NCBI GenBank assembly: GCA_017610205.1
Contig: JAFCCL010000010.1
Location: 1-51,027 of the forward strand
Direction of reading: 5' to 3'
DNA length: 51,027 nucleotides
Origin: Candidatus Iainarchaeum sp.
GTDB lineage: Archaea > Iainarchaeota > Iainarchaeia > Iainarchaeales > GCA-2688035
The notes under the pieces were generated by a model. That model saw only the letters and a list, made by a program, of their open reading frames with translations, ran no database searches and had not been told where the DNA came from. Made by a program: the position numbers and the translations under genes. Shown here piece after piece: positions 46,667-51,027 of the stretch; the stretch's first letter is position 1; every line of letters starts with the position of its first letter.

Positions 46667-47965
46667 TTGGCTGAGAAAAGTGTTTTGGAGCAGATTGCCA
46701 AGAAGTCAGGCAAGCAGGCTGGTGAGATTGAAGACCTTGTTGAAGAAAAGAAGAAAAAGTTCTCTGGTCTTCTTACTGATTCAGGCGCTTCGTTTATGGT
46801 TGCAAAAGACCTTGGAATTGAATTAGGTCTTGAAAGCGTGAAAAGGATTAACATTGCTGCACTAAAAGACGGAATGCAAAATGTTGACTTGCTTGTGAGA
46901 GTAATGAAGATTTTTTCACCAAAAGAATTTGAAAAAAATGGAAAGCGGGGAACACTGTGCAATCTTATTATTGCAGATTCAACAGGGGAGGCAAGATTTA
47001 CTGTCTGGCATGATGATGTGGAAAAAATTGCCAAAAAAGGAGTTAAGAGGGGAAGCATTCTTTTGCTGCACAACTGTTATGCAAAAGAATTCAATGGAAA
47101 GGTTCAAACAAGCCTTGCATACAAAGGAAGGTTTGAAGTAAACCCTGATGCAATATTTGCCGACCTGCCTGAAGCAAAAAGTAAAATTGTAAAAGCAGGT
47201 GAGTTGGCAGAGGGAATGAATGATGTAAGTATTGTTGCCAGAGTTCTTAGAATTTTTCCGGCAACAGAGTTTGATAGAAATGGAAAAAAAGGAAAGGTAA
47301 TGAATTTTTTGATAGGGGACGAAACAGGTACAGTAAGGGCAACAGCCTGGAATGATTTGGTTGAAGAAGCACAAAAACTTGCGGAAGGTGAAGCTGTCAG
47401 TATAGACGAAGGTTATACAAAGCCTGGACTTAAAGAAGTTGAACTTCATTTAGGGTGGCAGGCAAGGATTTCAAAGGTTGATGAAACAGGATTGCCAAGC
47501 TCTGAAGAAATAAGAAAAGGTTCTGCGACAAGAAAAAAAATAATTGAATTAAAGCAAGGGGACAGCAATGTACTTGTTGAAGGAAAGATTATTACAGTAA
47601 ACAAGGGAGCGTTGTTTTACAATGTGTGCCCAAAATGCGGAGGAAAAGTGCATAGGTTGGATGAAGGAATTGTCTGCGACAAATGTGGGGAAGTCAAAGA
47701 ACCTGATATAAGGGAAGTAATTTCAGTAAGAATTGATGATGGAAGTGCACAGGTTGATGCAGTTGCATATGGAAAAGAAGCTGAAAAAATAATCGGGCTT
47801 AGTAACAAGGAATTGAAAAAGCAAAGAAGCGAAAGGGGTTCTGAATCAATGATTGAAGAACTGCAGGAATTGAACGGAACAAAAATAAGGATTGTTGGCA
47901 AAGTAAAGCAAAGCAACTACAGCAACCAACCAGAACTTGTCGCAGGAGTTGTTGAACTCGACTGA
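46667..47965 (+). CDS. rpa: replication protein A (multi-OB-fold ssDNA-binding protein with a zinc finger)
   Basis: Repeated D.TG..R.T.W OB motifs, CPKC...CDKC, DDGS; TTG start after GAGGAG. Confidence 0.92.
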   Translation: MAEKSVLEQIAKKSGKQAGEIEDLVEEKKKKFSGLLTDSGASFMVAKDLGIELGLESVKRINIAALKDGMQNVDLLVRVMKIFSPKEFEKNGKRGTLCNLIIADSTGEARFTVWHDDVEKIAKKGVKRGSILLLHNCYAKEFNGKVQTSLAYKGRFEVNPDAIFADLPEAKSKIVKAGELAEGMNDVSIVARVLRIFPATEFDRNGKKGKVMNFLIGDETGTVRATAWNDLVEEAQKLAEGEAVSIDEGYTKPGLKEVELHLGWQARISKVDETGLPSSEEIRKGSATRKKIIELKQGDSNVLVEGKIITVNKGALFYNVCPKCGGKVHRLDEGIVCDKCGEVKEPDIREVISVRIDDGSAQVDAVAYGKEAEKIIGLSNKELKKQRSERGSESMIEELQELNGTKIRIVGKVKQSNYSNQPELVAGVVELD

Positions 47966-48106
47966 TAACATATTTCAGCGGAAATCTACTCTAAAAAGTA
48001 TTTAAAAAGCTTGAATTGTAATTATTCTAGAACCGCAAGTTGGCATGACAGAATTGCACCCCAAAAACAATGCTGCCAAAACCAATGTTTGCAGGAGGTT
48101 ATTAAC

Positions 48107-49063
48107 ATGGGAAAAGAGAAAGAAATAAAGACTATTGAAGATTTGCCAGGAGTAGGGCCACAGGCAGCAGAAAAGCTGATAAAGGCAGGATACAAAAGCC
48201 TTGAAGCAATGGCTGTTGCATCCCCAATGGAATTAATTGAAGCAGCAAGCCTTGGTCAGGGGACAGCAGACAAAGCAATTAAAGCTGCACGTGACGCTTT
48301 AGAAATGGGTTTTGAAACAGCTGACAAGCTTGCTGAGAAAAGAAAGCTTGTCGGAAGGATTACAACAGGGAGCAAGGAGGTTGATTCTCTTCTTGGCGGA
48401 GGAATTGAAACCCAGAGCATTACGGAAATTTACGGCAAATTTGCTTCAGGAAAAAGCCAGTGGTGTTTTGAAACAGCGGTAACAGTTCAACTGCCTGTGG
48501 AAAAAGGAGGTCTTGGAGGAAACTGCCTTTACATTGACTCAGAAAACAGCTTCAGACCTGAAAGAGTAATACAGGTTGCAAACCATTTGGGAATGGACCA
48601 GGAAAAGGTTTTGAAAAACATTTTTGTTGCACGCGCATATAACACAGACCACCAAATGCTTTTGGCAGACAAAGCAGACGAAATGGTTAAAAGCAAAAAA
48701 ATAAAACTAATAATTGTTGACAGCCTAATGGCACAATTCAGATCAGAGTTTGTTGGCAGAGGAACACTTGCAAACAGGCAGCAAAAGCTAAACAAGCACT
48801 TGAGAACACTAATGAAGCTTGCTGAAATGAACAACATTGCCGTTCTTGTAACAAACCAGGTAATGCAAAGGCCGGACATTCTTTTCGGAGACCCTACAGC
48901 ACCTGTTGGAGGCGAGATCTTGGCACACGCAAGCAAAACAAGGCTTTACTTAAGAAAAAGCAAGGCAGACACAAGAGTTGCAAAACTTGTTGACAGCCCC
49001 TCATTACCAGACGGGGAAGCAATTTTTAGAGTAACAGAGAACGGGCTGGAGGACTTGGAATAA
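48107..49063 (+). CDS. radA: DNA repair and recombination protein RadA
   Basis: DLPGVGP HhH, GKFASGKSQ, YIDSENSFRPER, GRGTLA.RQQKL; start ATG 48107 after GGAGG. Confidence 0.97.
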   Translation: MGKEKEIKTIEDLPGVGPQAAEKLIKAGYKSLEAMAVASPMELIEAASLGQGTADKAIKAARDALEMGFETADKLAEKRKLVGRITTGSKEVDSLLGGGIETQSITEIYGKFASGKSQWCFETAVTVQLPVEKGGLGGNCLYIDSENSFRPERVIQVANHLGMDQEKVLKNIFVARAYNTDHQMLLADKADEMVKSKKIKLIIVDSLMAQFRSEFVGRGTLANRQQKLNKHLRTLMKLAEMNNIAVLVTNQVMQRPDILFGDPTAPVGGEILAHASKTRLYLRKSKADTRVAKLVDSPSLPDGEAIFRVTENGLEDLE

Positions 49064-49080
49064 AAGCACGTTTCCTTTCT

Positions 49081-50547
49081 TTATTTTTTCAGTTTTTTTA
49101 CTGTTCCTTTGTTTGCATCAACTTCAACCCTGTCGCCGTCCTTTAGAAGTTTTGTGGCGTTACCTGTTCCAACAATGCAGGGAACATCCAATTCTCTTGA
49201 GACAATTGCGGCATGGCAGGTTATGCCTCCTTCGTCTGTTACAAGGGCTGCTGCTTTCTCCATTGCCGGAATGTATTGCGGGACAGTCATTGAAGCGACA
49301 AGAATGTCTCCCTTTTCAACCTTTGAAATTTCAGACAATTCTTTGATTATCTTAACTATTCCAATTGCCTTCCCCTTGTTTGCAGTACTTCCCTTAATTT
49401 CATCACCAGACACCTTTTGTTCCTCAGGATGAAAGTGACCAAGCTTTTCTGCTTCCTTACCGAAAAAGACTTGAAATTCTTCATCAAGTTTTATGTAGGC
49501 ATATGCTTTCAACCGTGTTTCAATTTCTTTCTTAGAAGGAATTTTTCCTTTTTCCAAAAAATTACTTATTTCTTTATAGTTTAAAGCATACAATTCGTTA
49601 AGAGAAAGACCTGCTTTTGAAGCAACAAATTCAAGGAAGCCTCTTATTAAAAACATGGCCTGAGTCCATGATTCTATTCGATAATTCCTTAAAAAAACAA
49701 ATTCTCTCGCCATTCTGACAAGATCTAAGGTTCTGTTATCCAATTCAAGTTCTTGAACAAAATGATTGAATAATTGTTCTCTTTCTTTTGCCCCGTCAAG
49801 CATCTTTTTGAGTTTTTCTTCAGGGCCCATTTCCAATAAGACGTTAATTCTTTCCGCCAAATCAGCTTCTGCCCAAGGTTTGCCTGTTGGATCATCTGTT
49901 GGAATCCAGGAAAAGTTCTTCAGGTGCTTTGTAAGCATTTGCTTTATTTCCTTTCCGTGTTTTTTTGCAATTACTATCTCAAGCAGATTTTTTTCCTCTT
50001 GAGCAACAACCAGCTCTTGTTTTGGCATTGAAAAAATTAAAAAGAAGTCATTCAGCTTTTCTCCCTTACCTTTGGCTTTTGCAATCTTGGTAATTTCTTC
50101 TTTTAGAAGTTGTTCCAAAAACTTTTCCACTGGAAAAACGAAGAATATTACTGCCTGGTACTCCAAGAACTCCAAGGCAATTTCGTTAAAGAGAATTTTC
50201 AGTTCAGTGTTTGACAAATCCTTGAAGTTGGTGGCTGAAACCTTTTTTGCAACTGAAAGCATTTTTTCGCTTTTATCATAGCTTTTTTTGGCAAGGATTT
50301 GTAAAAAATCAAAATCTTCTGCAGTCTTTTCCTTCAGCAAAGAAATTGAAGCAGCTTCCTCTTTCTGGTCAGTAAACTCGTTGTAGTCAGCATCCTTCTT
50401 CATATTTGAGTAGGCAAAGTCAATTCCCAAAACTCGCTGAAAAATATCCTTGTTTGTGCCAGTTATTTGAAAATATTCAACAAACTAGGAAAACCTTCGC
50501 CTTACATTAAAATGCCATTTTACTTGATCTTGCTTGTCAAACTCCAT
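49081..50547 (-). CDS. PEP-utilising enzyme mobile (His) domain protein, with an in-frame TAG at codon 21
   Basis: TDEGGITCHAAIVSRE...PCIVG; ATG 50547 is in frame with the long ORF except for TAG at 50485-50487. Confidence 0.8.
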
Positions 50548-50609
50548 AGTTCCCAAAAATAATGGCAATGCAAAGTTTTTAAAAAATGCTTCAACATTAT
50601 TATTTATGT

Positions 50610-50898
<289 letters not shown>

Positions 50899-51027
50899 TG
50901 GTTATTTTTCCCCCTGTCTTGTCCCGATATAAGGTTCCCTCTAGAAATAAAGTAAGTTTGAGAGCTTCCTCAATAGAGGTGGAACCCTATATGAGGAAGC
51001 TCAATAAGAAGAAGATTAGGTGGATTA

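Overview
This is an AT-rich archaeal chromosomal window. A DPANN lineage, probably Diapherotrites/Iainarchaeota-like, is inferred from the class III pilin-type signal peptide, the compact gene packing and the presence of GGGP synthase. Housekeeping backbone: an ArsR-iscS-iscU-pth2 operon, Hjc, DnaG, tRNA-Val and two tRNA-Gly, dTMP kinase, the conserved Rpp21-S19e-PDCD5-L39e-L31e-aIF6-LX-prefoldin alpha-FtsY cluster, HtpX/LemA, SRP54, prepilin peptidase, GGGP synthase, RPA, RadA and the SRP (7S) RNA. Mobile content: a solo tnpB (IS1341-like) element and an orphan IS200/IS605-type right end. The most striking structure is a ~15 kb accessory island (30959-45992). It is cut into five gene modules by six same-orientation intergenic copies of an 18-bp motif (AGGCAATGATGAGGTTAA), and the two outer copies extend to a 28-bp direct repeat with box C and box D motifs. 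The modules carry surface lipoproteins, an ATPase-nuclease, a membrane hydrolase and trehalose/sugar enzymes. No recombinase is encoded in the window. This looks like a site-specific cassette-accretion array that is not a canonical integron or CRISPR, possibly targeting a C/D-box-like small RNA locus. All product calls come from motif recognition only; no database search was run.
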